Notes under the pieces: generated by a model
The model's database searches: none
Seen by the model: only the letters and a program-made list of their open reading frames with translations
Told to the model about the DNA's origin: nothing
Shown here: in pieces, positions 30,433 to 48,100 of the stretch
Numbering within the stretch: the stretch's first letter is position 1
Layout: every line of letters starts with the position of its first letter
Assembly (NCBI GenBank): GCA_051252135.1
Contig: JBPOGH010000010.1
Location: 32,001 to 96,000, forward strand
Source: Verrucomicrobiaceae bacterium
Lineage (GTDB): Bacteria > Verrucomicrobiota > Verrucomicrobiia > Verrucomicrobiales > Akkermansiaceae
Direction of reading: 5' to 3'
DNA length: 64,000 nt
Position numbers and translations under genes: made by a program

Positions 30433-30810
30433 ATGTCAGACATTACAAAAATCGCAGAAGAACTCGGCAAGCTTACCGTACTGGAAGCCGCTGAATTGGT
30501 TAAGCACCTTGAAGAAGCATGGGGCGTTAGCGCCGCTGCTCCTGTTGCAGCAGTAGCCGCCGCCGGTGGCGGAGATGCAGCTCCTGAGGAAGAGAAGACT
30601 GAATTTGACGTCGTTCTCTCCGAAGCAGGTGGTAACAAGATCGCCGTCATTAAGGCTGTGCGTGAAGTTGCTTCCGGTCTCGGACTTGCAGATGCCAAGA
30701 AGCTCGTTGAGAGTGCCCCTACTCCGGTTCTCGAAGGAGTCAGCAAAGACGATGCCGAAGCCGCCAAGGCGAAGCTCGAGGACGCTGGTGCCAAGGTCGA
30801 GCTCAAGTAA
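30433..30810 (+). CDS. rplL: 50S ribosomal protein L7/L12
   Basis: [34 protein letters not shown]; start set at MSDITK. Confidence 0.98.
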   Translation: MSDITKIAEELGKLTVLEAAELVKHLEEAWGVSAAAPVAAVAAAGGGDAAPEEEKTEFDVVLSEAGGNKIAVIKAVREVASGLGLADAKKLVESAPTPVLEGVSKDDAEAAKAKLEDAGAKVELK

Positions 30811-31010
30811 CCGATCTACCCCCCGGTTTCGGCCTTGTGCCGAAATCGGGCCCGGTCGGAGGCTAGCTTCCAGAAAAGCACTTATTCTGAAAGTTAGCCT
30901 CCGTTCGTGCCCCACACAGCGGAATTGCAATTCCCTGATTAATTTCAGAAACCCAATCAAAATCGCCAGTTCCAAACGGATCTGGCGTTAACTCCTATCC
31001 GGATCAGACC

Positions 31011-34883
<3,873 letters not shown>

Positions 34884-34929
34884 TCAACACAAACCCCAAC
34901 CCAACCACTAGAACCTAGTAATTAATATC

Positions 34930-37900
34930 ATGAGTGTTGAAACCAATCTTCGCGAACTCTACGGAGTGGACTCCAAGCCAGAGCCCTTCGATCAAGTCTC
35001 GATCACGGTAGCCAATCCTGAAACCATCCGAGGATGGTCCATGGGTGAGGTGCAGAACCCGGAAACCATCAACTACCGGACGTTCAAGCCGGAAAAAGGC
35101 GGTCTTTTCTGCGAGCGCATCTTCGGTCCGACCCGTGACTGGGAGTGTGCCTGCGGAAAGTACAAGCGTATCAAGCACAAGGGCGTGACCTGCGACCGTT
35201 GTGGCGTTGAAGTGACTCTTTCCCGCGTCCGTCGCGAGCGCATGGGTCACATTGAGCTCGCAGTCCCTGTGAGCCACATCTGGTTCTACAAGTGTATGCC
35301 TTCCCGGATCGGTCTCGTCCTCGACATGACCGCCCGTGAACTTGAGCGTGTCATTTACTACGAGGACTACCTTGTGACCGATCCCGGCAAGACTCCTCTT
35401 GAGCGCGGCCAACTCCTCACCGAAACCGAACTTCGCGATGCGGAGGAGGATCATGGTGAAGAAGCCTTCCGCGCGGGTATGGGTGCCGACGCGATCCGCG
35501 ATCTCCTCTCCCAGGTAAACCTTGAGGAGCTTTTGGTTGAGCTCGAGGAGGCCATGGAGGCAACCCGCTCGAAGCAGAACCGTAAGAAGCTTGCCAAGCG
35601 ACTCAAGTTGGCACGTGGCTTCCTGCAGTCCAACAGCCGTCCCGAGTGGATGATCATGACCATTCTTCCGGTCATTCCTCCCGATCTCAGGCCACTCGTG
35701 CCTCTTGAAGGTGGACGTTTCGCGACTTCCGATCTGAACGACCTCTATCGTCGTGTGATCAACCGGAACAACCGTCTCCGCAACTTGATGCAGTTGAAGA
35801 CTCCCGAAGTCATCATCCGCAACGAGAAGCGTATGCTTCAGGAGGCTGTTGACGCCCTATTCGACAACGGTCGTCACGGCCGTGCCGTTACGGGAGCTGG
35901 AAACCGTGCTCTCAAGTCACTCTCTGATATGCTCAAGGGTAAAGGTGGACGTTTCCGCCAGAACCTTCTTGGTAAGCGGGTTGATTACTCCGGTCGTTCC
36001 GTGATCGTGATTGGACCTGAGCTCAAGCTGAGCCAGTGCGGTCTTCCGAAGAAGATGGCGCTGACCTTGTTCGAGCCATTCATCATTCGTCGACTCAAGG
36101 AGCTTGGCTATTGTCACACGGTGCGATCAGCCAAGAAGATGATTGACCGCAAGACTCCCGAGGTCTGGGATATTCTCGCAGAAGTGACCAAAGGGCACCC
36201 GGTGATGCTGAACCGCGCACCGACCCTTCACCGTCTTTCGATCCAGGCATTTGAGCCGGTTCTCATTGAGGGTTCCGCAATTCGTCTGCACCCGCTTACC
36301 TGCGGAGCATACAATGCGGACTTCGACGGTGACCAGATGGCGGTGCACGTTCCACTTTCGGTGGAGGCACAGATGGAGGCACGTCAGCTGATGCTGGCGA
36401 CGAATAACATCTTCTCGCCTGCTTCCGGTCGTCCGGTGATCACTCCTTCCCAGGATATTATTCTGGGAACCTACTACCTCACTTGGGCGCGCATCCGTTC
36501 GGCCAAGGAGCGTGAAGAGGAGACTCATCTGCCACTCTTTGAAAACACCACCGAGGTGGAGTTCGCGATTGCCAACCGCAAGGTCGAGTATCACGAGCCA
36601 ATTCGTCTTCGTAACCCTGACTACCAGCGCGACACCGTGTTTGGTGACAAGGAGAAGAAGGTAATTGAAACCACTCCTGGACGTGTCCGCTTCAACGAAA
36701 TCTGGCCTGCAGGGGTCGGCTTTGTGAACCACAATGTGGGCAAGGGACAGATTGGTGACATCATTTGGCGTTGCTATCAGGTTGCCGGTGGTAAGCAGAC
36801 GGTTATCACGATGGATAATCTGAAGGAGCTTGGCTTCAAAGAGGCTACCCGTTCCGGTTGCTCCATTGGAATCGTCGACATGGTGATTCCTGAAGAGAAG
36901 GGCGATGAGCTCAAGAAGGCTTACGCCGAGATCGACGTGGTTTCGAAACACTACCGTAATGGTGTCATCACTGATGGTGAGCGTTACCAAAAGGTGGTCG
37001 ATGTCTGGACCCGTGCGTCTGACAACATCGCGAACGCCCTCTATCGGAAGCTTGAGTATAACGAAGGCTCCAAGAAGGCGAACCCGCTCTTCATGATGGT
37101 TGACTCCGGTGCCCGGGGTAACAAGAACCAGATCAAGCAGCTTTCCGGAATGCGCGGCCTGATGGCCAAGCCCTCCGGTGAGATTATCGAACGTCCGATT
37201 ACCTCGAACTTCCGCGAAGGACTCTCTGTGCTGGAATACTTCATTTCCACCCACGGAGCCCGTAAGGGACTGGCCGATACCGCGCTTAAGACCGCTGACT
37301 CCGGATACATGACCCGTAAGTTGGTTGATGTGTCCCAGGATGTGATCATTACCGAGCCGGATTGTGGCACGAACAAAGGAATTACCGTTCAAACCATCTA
37401 TTCCGGTGATGAGGAGGCTGCTTCTCTCGCAACCCGCATCTACGGTCGGGTGTCTTGTGAGAAGATCGTCGATCCTGTCACTGAGGCGATTATCGTTAAG
37501 AAAGGACAGCTAATTGATGAGACCACTTCCCTGAAGATCGAGAACGTCGGTCACGAGCGTCTCAAGATTCGTTCTCCGCTTACGTGTGAGTCCGAGCGTG
37601 GTTGCTGCCAAAGCTGCTACGGCTTGAACCTTGCGACCGGCAAGGTCGGCAAGATCGGTGAGGCAGTCGGTATCATTGCAGCGCAGTCGATTGGTGAGCC
37701 GGGAACCCAGCTTACGATGCGGACGTTCCACTCGGGTGGTGTGGCTTTCGGTGCTTCCAAGCAGCCAGAGGTCAAAACCAAGAACAAGGGTGTCGTCTTC
37801 TACAAAGATCTCCGCACGGTTGAGGATGTTGATGGAAACTGGGTTGTTCTGAATAAGAACGGTTCGATCAGCATCCGTGACAAGGATGGTCTTGAGCTTG

Positions 37901-39078
37901 AGTCCTACAACGTCGTGATTGGCTCCGTGATTTCGGTGGCCGATGGCGGTGAGATCAAGAAGGGAGCTCAAATCCTGACATGGGACCCTCACTCAGTCCC
38001 CATTATTGCCGAAAAAGGCGGTAAGGTGGAGTTCCGCGACATGATCGTGGGTATTACCATTCAGTCCGAGACTGATAAGCAAACCGGTAAGAAGGGTTTG
38101 ACTGTCACGGAGCACAAGGAAGACCTTCACCCGCAGGTGGTCATTGTGAATCCCAAGGATTCCAAGGACATCCTCGCAAGCTACTCCATTCCGGTAGGCG
38201 CTCACCTTTCTGTTAAAGAAGGTGCGAAGATCGCCGGTGGAACACAACTTGCGCGGACGCCACGTAAGGTTGCCAAGACCGGAGATATTACCGGTGGTCT
38301 TCCCCGGGTGGCCGAGCTTTTCGAAGCCCGTCGTCCGAAGGATGCTTGTGTGATCGCGAAGATCGATGGAGAACTCACCTTCGGTGGCACGGTGCGCGGC
38401 AAGCGTAAGGTGATCATTACCGATCCCGAGACTCTGGAAAGCGTAGACCACCTTGTCCCAATGGGTAAGCATATGACCGTCGGAGAAGGTGACAGCGTGC
38501 GTCGCGGTGACCAACTCACCGAAGGACCTGTTGCTCCCGAAGATCTTCTTGAGGCATGCGGATCGCAGGCTCTTCAAGAGCACCTGACGAACGAGGTTCA
38601 AACCGTTTATCGTTCACAGGGTGTGGAAATCAACGACAAGCACATCGAGATCATTATTCGTCAGATGCTGCGTAAGGTGAAGATTTCCGAGCCCGGTGAC
38701 ACCGAGTTCCTCTGGGGTGACCAGATCGAGAAAACGACCTTCAACCTGGAGAATAAGAGAATCGTTGCGCAGGGTGGTAAGCCCGCGGAAGGAGAGCCTG
38801 TTCTTCTTGGTATCACCAAGGCGTCGATCGAGACCGAATCCTTCATCTCGGCCGCATCCTTCCAGGACACCACCCGTGTTCTTACCGATGCAGCTACCCT
38901 TGGAAAAGTGGACACCCTCCGCGGCTTCAAAGAGAACGTTATTATGGGTCACCTCATTCCAGCCGGAACCGGCTTCCCGACTCACAAGAATTCGGACTTC
39001 GACATCACTGTCGAGGAACCCGAGCCTGTGGTTGAAGAGACCGAGGAAGGTGATGAGAGCGCGGAAGTGACCGCGTAA
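34930..39078 (+). CDS. rpoC: RNA polymerase beta' subunit
   Basis: [12 protein letters not shown] active-site motif, zinc ribbon, [13 protein letters not shown]. Confidence 0.99.
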   Translation: MSVETNLRELYGVDSKPEPFDQVSITVANPETIRGWSMGEVQNPETINYRTFKPEKGGLFCERIFGPTRDWECACGKYKRIKHKGVTCDRCGVEVTLSRVRRERMGHIELAVPVSHIWFYKCMPSRIGLVLDMTARELERVIYYEDYLVTDPGKTPLERGQLLTETELRDAEEDHGEEAFRAGMGADAIRDLLSQVNLEELLVELEEAMEATRSKQNRKKLAKRLKLARGFLQSNSRPEWMIMTILPVIPPDLRPLVPLEGGRFATSDLNDLYRRVINRNNRLRNLMQLKTPEVIIRNEKRMLQEAVDALFDNGRHGRAVTGAGNRALKSLSDMLKGKGGRFRQNLLGKRVDYSGRSVIVIGPELKLSQCGLPKKMALTLFEPFIIRRLKELGYCHTVRSAKKMIDRKTPEVWDILAEVTKGHPVMLNRAPTLHRLSIQAFEPVLIEGSAIRLHPLTCGAYNADFDGDQMAVHVPLSVEAQMEARQLMLATNNIFSPASGRPVITPSQDIILGTYYLTWARIRSAKEREEETHLPLFENTTEVEFAIANRKVEYHEPIRLRNPDYQRDTVFGDKEKKVIETTPGRVRFNEIWPAGVGFVNHNVGKGQIGDIIWRCYQVAGGKQTVITMDNLKELGFKEATRSGCSIGIVDMVIPEEKGDELKKAYAEIDVVSKHYRNGVITDGERYQKVVDVWTRASDNIANALYRKLEYNEGSKKANPLFMMVDSGARGNKNQIKQLSGMRGLMAKPSGEIIERPITSNFREGLSVLEYFISTHGARKGLADTALKTADSGYMTRKLVDVSQDVIITEPDCGTNKGITVQTIYSGDEEAASLATRIYGRVSCEKIVDPVTEAIIVKKGQLIDETTSLKIENVGHERLKIRSPLTCESERGCCQSCYGLNLATGKVGKIGEAVGIIAAQSIGEPGTQLTMRTFHSGGVAFGASKQPEVKTKNKGVVFYKDLRTVEDVDGNWVVLNKNGSISIRDKDGLELESYNVVIGSVISVADGGEIKKGAQILTWDPHSVPIIAEKGGKVEFRDMIVGITIQSETDKQTGKKGLTVTEHKEDLHPQVVIVNPKDSKDILASYSIPVGAHLSVKEGAKIAGGTQLARTPRKVAKTGDITGGLPRVAELFEARRPKDACVIAKIDGELTFGGTVRGKRKVIITDPETLESVDHLVPMGKHMTVGEGDSVRRGDQLTEGPVAPEDLLEACGSQALQEHLTNEVQTVYRSQGVEINDKHIEIIIRQMLRKVKISEPGDTEFLWGDQIEKTTFNLENKRIVAQGGKPAEGEPVLLGITKASIETESFISAASFQDTTRVLTDAATLGKVDTLRGFKENVIMGHLIPAGTGFPTHKNSDFDITVEEPEPVVEETEEGDESAEVTA

Positions 39079-39095
39079 GCGATTCAATATTCTTC

Positions 39096-39131
39096 AAAGC
39101 CCCGGTGAGCGAATGCTGCCGGGGCTTTTTT
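39096..39131 (+). terminator. Intrinsic terminator after rpoC
   Basis: AAAGCCCCGG...CCGGGGCTTTTTT. Confidence 0.85.
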
Positions 39132-39214
39132 GAGGCCGTTGTGCCGAGGTCGGTGATCAAGTGGCAGAGACCGGCATTCGGTTCTTCTCGCTTTTTCGGG
39201 CGGGATGAAGAGAT

Positions 39215-40084
39215 TTGTCATCTGTGTTCAGGGATCATTTGAAACTTCAGGCAGTGGTGATCCTTTGGGGATTTACGGCGGTTCTGGGGGCGCTGATTGA
39301 GATGCCGGCGAGTGAGATCGTGGTCTTCCGGACAGGAATTGCAGCGATGGTGTTGGCGGTGATGATGAGGAGTGCCTTGAGGGTGCCGCGTCGGGACGGA
39401 GTGTTGTATTTTTTGACCGGCCTAATCATCGGCGCTCACTGGGTGACTTTCTTTCTGGCGGTGAAGGTAGCGAATGTCTCGGTTTGCATGGTGGGTCTGG
39501 CGACGCTGTCGCTGTGGACAGCCCTTCTGGAGCCATTAATGGTGAGGGAAAGGAAGCTGAGGCCGGTTGATGTGATCTTTGGCCTGGTGATGCTGGGCGG
39601 GGTTTCGCTGATATTTCGTGGCGACTTCGAATATGGGACCGGATTACTGATCGCTCTCCTGTCGGCCTTGTTTGCGGCGATTTTCTCGATCATCAACAGC
39701 TATCACGTTCACAAGACGGGTCATTATGTGATCACCTTTTATGAGATGGTGGGAGCGGGGGTTTTTGCGGCGGGGTGTTTGCCCTTTTTGCAGAGAGACT
39801 TTGATTTGAGTCCTTCGGGGATGGATTGGTTTTATCTCTTGCTGTTGGGCGGGGTGTGCACGGTGATCGCCTTTTCCCAGTATGTGGGGCTACTCAAGAG
39901 GTTGAGTGTTTTTACGATCAACTTTGCGAACAACCTGGAGCCGGTTTATGGCATCCTGCTCGCGGCGTGGATTTTGAAAGACTATGAGCATTTGGGATCG
40001 GGCTTTTATGCGGGGGCCTCGGTGATTATTGGTGCGGTGCTGGTTTATCCGTTGGTGAGGCGATGGTTGAAGAGGAGGGGATAA
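39215..40084 (+). CDS. DMT/EamA-family transporter
   Basis: About ten TM segments in two repeats; LWGFTAVLG, HWVTFF, NLEPVYGI. Confidence 0.9.
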   Translation: MSSVFRDHLKLQAVVILWGFTAVLGALIEMPASEIVVFRTGIAAMVLAVMMRSALRVPRRDGVLYFLTGLIIGAHWVTFFLAVKVANVSVCMVGLATLSLWTALLEPLMVRERKLRPVDVIFGLVMLGGVSLIFRGDFEYGTGLLIALLSALFAAIFSIINSYHVHKTGHYVITFYEMVGAGVFAAGCLPFLQRDFDLSPSGMDWFYLLLLGGVCTVIAFSQYVGLLKRLSVFTINFANNLEPVYGILLAAWILKDYEHLGSGFYAGASVIIGAVLVYPLVRRWLKRRG

Positions 40085-40117
40085 AAAAATCCCTCTCCGC
40101 ATGGTGCAGAGAGGGAT
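40083..40117 (-). terminator. Terminator for the PEP-CTERM gene (possibly bidirectional)
   Basis: AAAAAAATCCCTCTC...GAGAGGGAT. Confidence 0.65.
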
Positions 40118-40142
40118 GGGTCGAAGCTGATGTGTTTAGGTT

Positions 40143-40739
40143 CTAGCGACGGCGACTCAGAAGACCCAGCAGTGCGAGTGAACCGAAGAGGGCTGAAGTG
40201 GGTTCGGGAACCGCGTTGAAGCTGACCGAGCGGAGCCCGGCTTGATTTCCTTCTCCCTTTGTCGGGTCGATGAGACCTGCGATACTGGAGAATTCGATGG
40301 TGCCATTGTGATCGTCGACTTTCACGAGATCGAATTCTTCTCCTAGCCCAACCCCTACGAAGTCAAAATCGATATCGACTGGAGTTGATCCTTTAAACGA
40401 CATGCTCACTTTCGTTTGGTGACTGAACGCAAGGGCGTTGATCGGGTCCGGTGACTGGTTGGTGAATTCCTGAGTGACGGTGGCGTGGTAGTTCTCGACC
40501 GAAACTTTGGGACCGAGGTCGTTGCTAAACTCGACCTGGAATTCAATGTCACCATAGCCGGGAACATTGACGATGATAGGAGTGATTGTAGCCGGTGGAA
40601 CGGGAGATCCCGGCGGCGCGAGTCCGGGCCCAATGTATCTCGTGGTGGCACCGAGGTGCTGCGAGAAATCCACCGTGAAGGCGGATGCCGTAGTGATGCC
40701 TCCGCAAATCAACGCGGTCAGCAGGATGAGGGTTTTCAT
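40143..40739 (-). CDS. PEP-CTERM sorting domain protein
   Basis: Signal peptide ending ASA; C-terminus VPEPTSALFGSLALLGLLSRRR. Confidence 0.92.
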   Translation of the reverse strand: MKTLILLTALICGGITTASAFTVDFSQHLGATTRYIGPGLAPPGSPVPPATITPIIVNVPGYGDIEFQVEFSNDLGPKVSVENYHATVTQEFTNQSPDPINALAFSHQTKVSMSFKGSTPVDIDFDFVGVGLGEEFDLVKVDDHNGTIEFSSIAGLIDPTKGEGNQAGLRSVSFNAVPEPTSALFGSLALLGLLSRRR

Positions 40740-40844
40740 GTAAGGGTGACTAATAGGATGACCTAGTTATTCACAATTCTGCAATAAATTATTGATTCGG
40801 ATTCAGTGATGATTTGGACTGATTAATAATCAATTGATGGACAC

Positions 40845-40874
40845 AAAAAAGCCGGACGGTTTCCCGTCCGGCTT
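40845..40874 (-). terminator. Intrinsic terminator after groEL
   Basis: AAAAAAGCCGGACGG-TTTC-CCGTCCGGCTT. Confidence 0.88.
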
Positions 40875-40892
40875 GAGAGTTTTTGGGATGGA

Positions 40893-42542
<1,650 letters not shown>

Positions 42543-42563
42543 TTAGATTTAAAGTTTTGGGAT

Positions 42564-42857
42564 TTAGTCGGTGAGGACACCGAGGATATCGGATTGGGAG
42601 AGGATCAGTTGGTCTTCTCCGTTCACTTTGACATCGGTGCCGCCGTACTTGGAGATGAGGACTTTATCGCCGACCTTGACGTCGAACACGATGTCCTTGC
42701 CGTTGTCGTCGGTTCCACCGGTGCCGAGTGCGGTGACTTCAGCTTCCTGTGGTTTTTCCTGTGCAGAGTCAGGAAGGACGATGCCTCCTGCGCTGACTGC
42801 TTCTGCTTCGAGACGCTTCACGAGGACGCGATTTCCGAGTGGTTTGATATTAGCCAT
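42564..42857 (-). CDS. groS: Co-chaperonin GroES
   Basis: IKPLGNRVLVKR, GGIVLPDSAQEKP, VKVGDKVL..KYGGT. Confidence 0.98.
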   Translation of the reverse strand: MANIKPLGNRVLVKRLEAEAVSAGGIVLPDSAQEKPQEAEVTALGTGGTDDNGKDIVFDVKVGDKVLISKYGGTDVKVNGEDQLILSQSDILGVLTD

Positions 42858-42937
42858 GTTATTTGGTTTTTAGTTTGTTTTGAGAAAGTCCCGCAGGCGA
42901 CCCGGGAGCCGCCTGCGGGAAAGAGTTAGAGTTTTGA

Positions 42938-44869
42938 TTACTTGTCGGCGTCGACGACTTCGGCATCGACGACCTTGCCTTTGGCCTGGCGTGGTTCGCC
43001 ATCGTTGTCATCGGCAGGTTCTGCTTCGGGAGCGGCACCGCCCATGTCGGGCATTTGTGCTCCGGCGGCTTGTGCTGCCTGGGCCAGTTCGCCGAGGGAT
43101 TTTTCGAGGTCCTCGGTGGTGGACTTGATGAGGTCGAGGTCATCGGCCTTGAGGGCGCCTTTGACGGCGTCCAGCTTACCGGTGAGCATGTCCTTCAGCT
43201 CGGCCGGAGCTTCTTCAGGGAGTTCCCCGAGTTGCTTCTCGACCTGGTAGACGACGTTCTCGGCCTTGTTCTTGATGTCGACGGCTTCGGCGCGTTTTTT
43301 GTCTTCCTCGGCGTGAGCTTCGGCTTCGCGCTTGGCTTTTTCGATCTCTTCCTCTGAGAGTCCGCTGGACCCTTCGATTGAGATTTTCTGTTCCTTGCCG
43401 GAGTTCTTGTCCTTGGCGGAGACGTGGAGGATACCGTTGGCGTCGATGTCGAAGGTCACTTCGATCTGGGGCATGCCGCGTGGAGCGGGGTCGATGCCGG
43501 AGAGCTGGAAGTTACCGAGGAGCTTGTTGTCCGCGAAGAGCGGACGCTCACCCTGACAGATGCGGATGTCGACGGCAGGCTGGTTGTCTGCGGCGGTCGA
43601 GAAGACCTGGGACTTCTTGACGGGGACGGTGGTGTTCCGCTCGATCATGGCGGTGGCGCGTGATCCCTCGGTCTCGATGGAGAGGGTGAGGGGGGTGACG
43701 TCGAGAAGGAGGACATCCTTCACGTCTCCCTGGAGCACGCCGCCCTGGATGGCGGCACCGATGGCGACCACCTCGTCCGGGTTGACGCCCTGGTGAGGGG
43801 TCTTGCCGGCGAGTTCCTTGGCGGTCTCGACCACCTTGGGCATGCGGGTCATGCCGCCGACGAGAACGAGTTCGTCGATTTCACCTGAGCTAACGTCGGC
43901 CTCGCGGAGGCAGTCGGTGACAGGCTTCTTGGTGCGCTGGAAGAGGTGATCGGTGAGCTGCTCGAGCTTGGCCCGGGTGAGGCTGAGCTGGATGTGCTTG
44001 GGACCGGTGGCATCAGCGGTGATGAAAGGAAGGTTGAGGTCGTAGTTCTGCGACGAGGAGAGGGCGATTTTGGCCTTCTCTGCTTCCTCCTTGATCCGCT
44101 GGATGGCGTCGGGCTGTCCGGAGAGGTCGATGCTCTCGGTCTTTTTGAACTCGGAGACGATGTGGTCGATGAGAGCGTTGTCCCAATCGTCACCACCGAG
44201 CTGGGTGTCGCCGTCGGTTGCGAGGACTTCGAAGACGCCGTCGGAGATTTCCAGGACGGAGATGTCGAAGGTTCCACCACCGAGGTCATAGATGGCGACC
44301 TTTTGATCGGTCTTGGAGTCGAGGCCGTAGGCAAGTGATGCTGCGGTGGGCTCGTTGATGATGCGGCGGACCTTGAGTCCTGCGATCTCACCGGCGGCCT
44401 TGGTGGCGTTACGCTGGGAGTCGTTGAAGTAAGCGGGGACGGTGATCACGGCTTCGGTGATCGTTTCGCCAAGCTTGGCTTCGGCATCGGCCTTGAGTTT
44501 GCCGAGAATGATGGCGGCGATCTCCTGAGGGGAGAACACTTTCTTTTCGCCGTCGATTTCGACTTCGATGTGGGCGTCGCCATTGCTGGCTTCCACGATG
44601 GTGTAGGGGACACGCTTGTCCTCGGGGGTGAGTTCGGAGAACTTACGACCGATGAGGCGCTTGGCGGAGAAGACGGTATTCTTCGCGTTGGTGACGGCCT
44701 GGCGTTTTGCGGCCTGACCGACGAGGCGTTCGCCGTTTTTCGCGAATGCGACCACTGATGGAGTGGTGCGTGCGCCTTCCGAGTTTTCAAGAACTGTTGG
44801 CTCGCCGGCGTCCATGACGGACATGCAGGAGTTGGTGGTTCCGAGATCGATTCCTAAGATTTTACCCAT
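42938..44869 (-). CDS. dnaK: Chaperone DnaK (Hsp70)
   Basis: [46 protein letters not shown]. Confidence 0.99.
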   Translation of the reverse strand: MGKILGIDLGTTNSCMSVMDAGEPTVLENSEGARTTPSVVAFAKNGERLVGQAAKRQAVTNAKNTVFSAKRLIGRKFSELTPEDKRVPYTIVEASNGDAHIEVEIDGEKKVFSPQEIAAIILGKLKADAEAKLGETITEAVITVPAYFNDSQRNATKAAGEIAGLKVRRIINEPTAASLAYGLDSKTDQKVAIYDLGGGTFDISVLEISDGVFEVLATDGDTQLGGDDWDNALIDHIVSEFKKTESIDLSGQPDAIQRIKEEAEKAKIALSSSQNYDLNLPFITADATGPKHIQLSLTRAKLEQLTDHLFQRTKKPVTDCLREADVSSGEIDELVLVGGMTRMPKVVETAKELAGKTPHQGVNPDEVVAIGAAIQGGVLQGDVKDVLLLDVTPLTLSIETEGSRATAMIERNTTVPVKKSQVFSTAADNQPAVDIRICQGERPLFADNKLLGNFQLSGIDPAPRGMPQIEVTFDIDANGILHVSAKDKNSGKEQKISIEGSSGLSEEEIEKAKREAEAHAEEDKKRAEAVDIKNKAENVVYQVEKQLGELPEEAPAELKDMLTGKLDAVKGALKADDLDLIKSTTEDLEKSLGELAQAAQAAGAQMPDMGGAAPEAEPADDNDGEPRQAKGKVVDAEVVDADK

Positions 44870-44918
44870 GATATTAGTCTTTCTGTGTGGAGGTTGGTAA
44901 TTTAATTACCCTACTCTT

Positions 44919-44936
44919 GGCAGGTGGTGTGCCAGA
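44919..44936 (-). promoter_or_regulatory. Candidate sigma54 (-24/-12) promoter for dnaK-groES-groEL
   Basis: Minus strand reads CTGGCACACCACCTGC: GG-N10-GC with TGGCAC, about 50 bp upstream of the dnaK ATG. Confidence 0.65.
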
Positions 44937-45065
44937 AGTGGGAAAGCCTTTCACTATGGGGGTTACAGCCGGGTGGATTTGTTAGGGTGTGACGGGTTGT
45001 CGCGCATTAAGGGAGTCGTTCGTGACGCGGTGCGACGATTTGACTCTCATGGTCCAGAGGAGGTG

Positions 45066-45098
45066 AAAAAATGCGCCGCTGTGTTCAGGGGCGCATTT
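45066..45098 (-). terminator. Intrinsic terminator after the dehydrogenase-like gene
   Basis: AAAAAATGCGCC...GGCGCATTT. Confidence 0.7.
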
Positions 45099-45124
45099 GA
45101 AATGGTGGAGTCTGGAAGGAGGGA

Positions 45125-48100
45125 TTACTTCTTGGGGAAGGGGTGCTCTTTGAGGAGTTCTGCGGGGGCGTAGAATTGGGTGCGGCCTTTGGTTTCCCGG
45201 CGGATGCGTTTGACCGTTTCCGGGGTGACGGGATCGGCGGCGTTGCCCCAGCAGTTGCGGACGTAGGTGAGGACGCCGGCGACTTGTTTGTCGTTATACA
45301 TGGCGCCGACGGCGGTCATGGGGACTTGGCCGGCATATTTCACTCCGTTGACCTCGATGGGGCCCATGAGTCCGTGAAGGACGAGCTTGGTGAGGCGGTC
45401 CTCGCTGCCGGTGACCCAGTCGCTGGAGGCGATGGGTGGGTAGATGTCCTTGATGCCTTTGCCGTCTTTTTGGTGGCAGGTTTCGCAGGATCCTTCTTTG
45501 TGGAAGATGGTGCGTCCGAGCTCAAAACTGGCCTGGAAGGTGCGATCGTTGTGCCACTTTTTCTTTTGTGAGCGCGTGATGTAGTCGGTCTCGGCGTCGG
45601 CGGCCTTGAGCTTTCCTTTGAGGAGGAGGTCGAGCTCGGCGATGCTGTTTTTATCAAACTCTCCGGAGGCGAGGAGGGCTTCGACCTCGGGTTTTTGGAG
45701 TTGCATGGCGGAGTTGAGGGAGTTGTTGATCCACTTGTCGTGCCCTTGGGCGGCGACGGTGAGGAGGATGTTGGCTCCGTCTTTTCCTCCGAGCCAGGAG
45801 GCTCCGTTGAGGGCTTCGATGCGGACGCGCGGGTCGGGATCGGCGGCTGCCTGGAGGAGGTAGGATTGCGGGCTCTCCAGAAGGTGGAGGGAGTGGCGGA
45901 CGACGCGGACGGCGGCGGCGCGGACGCGGCGGTCCTTGGCGGTGAGGCAGGCCTCGATGAGGTCGAGCGAGGGTTGGTGATGGCCCCAGGTGGTCCAGAG
46001 GGCTTCGAGGACGAGGCGTTCGTCGCTGGCGTTCTCCTTGGCGAAGGTGTGGGCGGCGGCGATGACCTCTTGAGCGTCGCGTCCGCGGAGTTCACGCTGG
46101 GAGCGCTTGCGGGCGTTGATCTCGGGGAGCTTGAGGTTTTCGAAGAGTTGTGTGATGGAGGCTCCGGCAATAACGGGAGGCGTCACGAGGGGGCGTGAGG
46201 GGTAGGTGATGCGGTAGATGCGGCCGTATTTTGAGGAGCGATTTGGGTCACGGGCGCTATGTTGCATGTGTCCGATGAGGGCGTTGTGCCAGTCGAGGAA
46301 GTAGAGTGAGCCGTCGGGGGCGAGTTCGAGGTCGGCAGGGCGGAAGTTTCCGTCGGTGGACTCGATGAGGTTTTGGCGGAAGGTGCCGTTGATCTCGGTG
46401 ATTTGGTCGTTTGTTTTGAATTGCTTGATGCCGAGGAAGCCGATGGTGTTGGCGTAGAGGTAGTCGCCCTGAACGTCATCGGGGAAGTGGCGGGAGTAGA
46501 GGAACTCGCTGCCGGAGGTGGGGCGGATTTTGTGCTCGTAGTTGAACTGGGCGACTTTGGGCATTTCTGCGGCGTGGGGCATTTTGATGCCGTATCCGCC
46601 CATCCACCAGTGTGCGCCGCCGGAGGCGTCGTTGAGGACATTTTGACCGTAGGGGTCATGGGCGACGCCCCAGGGGTTGGAGACGTCTGACTGGAAGACG
46701 CGCTCGAGTTTCCATGAGTAGGGATCCCAGCGCCAGGCTCCGCCATCGGCCATGCGTTGCGGGCCGTAGGGGGTTTCGACCTGGGAGTGGAGGAAGCGGC
46801 CTTCGCACATGAAGATACCGCCGCCGTTGTCGATATCGAAGGCGGAGATGGAGTGGTGGGAGTCGTGGGGGTCGAAGCCATCGACGAGGTATTCCTTGGA
46901 GTCGGCGCGGCCGTCACCATTGGTGTCTTTTAAAAGAGTGAGGTGGGGGGCTTCGGTGACGTAGACGCCCTGTGGGGTGAGTTCGAATCCGATGGGGATG
47001 CTGAGGCCGTCGGCCCAGACGGTTTCCTTGTCGGCGCGGCCGTCGCCATCGGTGTCCTCGTAGATGAGGAGCATGTCATTGGGGCGGGGGTCACCGGGGC
47101 GGTAGTGGGGGTAGCTGGGCATGGTGGCGACCCAGAGACGGCCTTCGTTGTCGAAGCGCATCTGCATGGGGTTCGCGAGATTGGGGAACATCTTTTCGGT
47201 GGCAAAGGTCTCGACTTTGTAGCCCTCGGGGAGAGTGAACTTTTTGAGGGCCTCCTGTTCTTCGAGGTAGTCGAGGGCGCCGTTTTTGACGCTGGGTTTG
47301 TAGTTGGTCTCGACGGGAGTGAGGGGGCGGGTTTTTGAGTCGTCGACCTCGAGAGTGGAGGATTCACCGCGGGCGATTGCCCAGATGTTTTGATCACGGA
47401 GAACGGTCATTTGGCGGATTTTTTCGATCTCCTCGGGGTAGTTGAAGTTACCGTAGGGGTTCCAGCGTTGTCCGTAGACGTGGACGCCGTTGGGGATGCG
47501 GTAGTCGTGTCGCCAGAACCAGTTCTTGTCGTTGACGGCCTTGACGAGGAGGGGGGAGGGTTGGGTGGAGGGGGCTTTTCCAAAGAGGGATTCGAAAATG
47601 ACGGGAGCGAGCTTGGCGTAGCCGGAATCCCCGAGGTGGACGCCATTGATGGTCTCGCCGGACCACTGGCTGCTGGGAGTGAAGAGGTCGATGAAGCCGA
47701 CTTTTTTGGAGGCGGCGACTTCTTTGACGGTGTTGGCGTAGAGGGCGAGGATGCGGTTGCGCTCGCTGGAGTCGGGGAGGGAGAATTGCTCGAGGTTTTC
47801 AGTGGCGATGGGGGTGGCGAGGACGAGCTTGGGCGGGGTCTTGGTGTTGTAGGAGCGGCTGAGGGTGTGGTCGACAAAGGCGGTGAGCTCGGCGCGGAAG
47901 TTCTCTATTCCGTCCGGGCCGTCGAAGGACTCGTTGAAACCGAAGAAGGCGACGATGGTGTCGGCTTCGAGGGCGCGGAGCCATTCGTCGGGCATGGGGT
48001 AGTGGCCCTTGCCGTGGTGCTTTTTGATTTCGGGGCGAAACTCTTTGGCACCGGGAAAGGCCCAGGGATTGGGCTGTCCGGCTTCGGGGCGGAAGGCGGG

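Noticed and set aside
44918..44934. CIRCE element upstream of dnaK
   Set aside because: Arms are only TGGCA/TGCCA with a 7-nt spacer, not TTAGCACTC-N9-GAGTGCTAA; fits sigma54 spacing better
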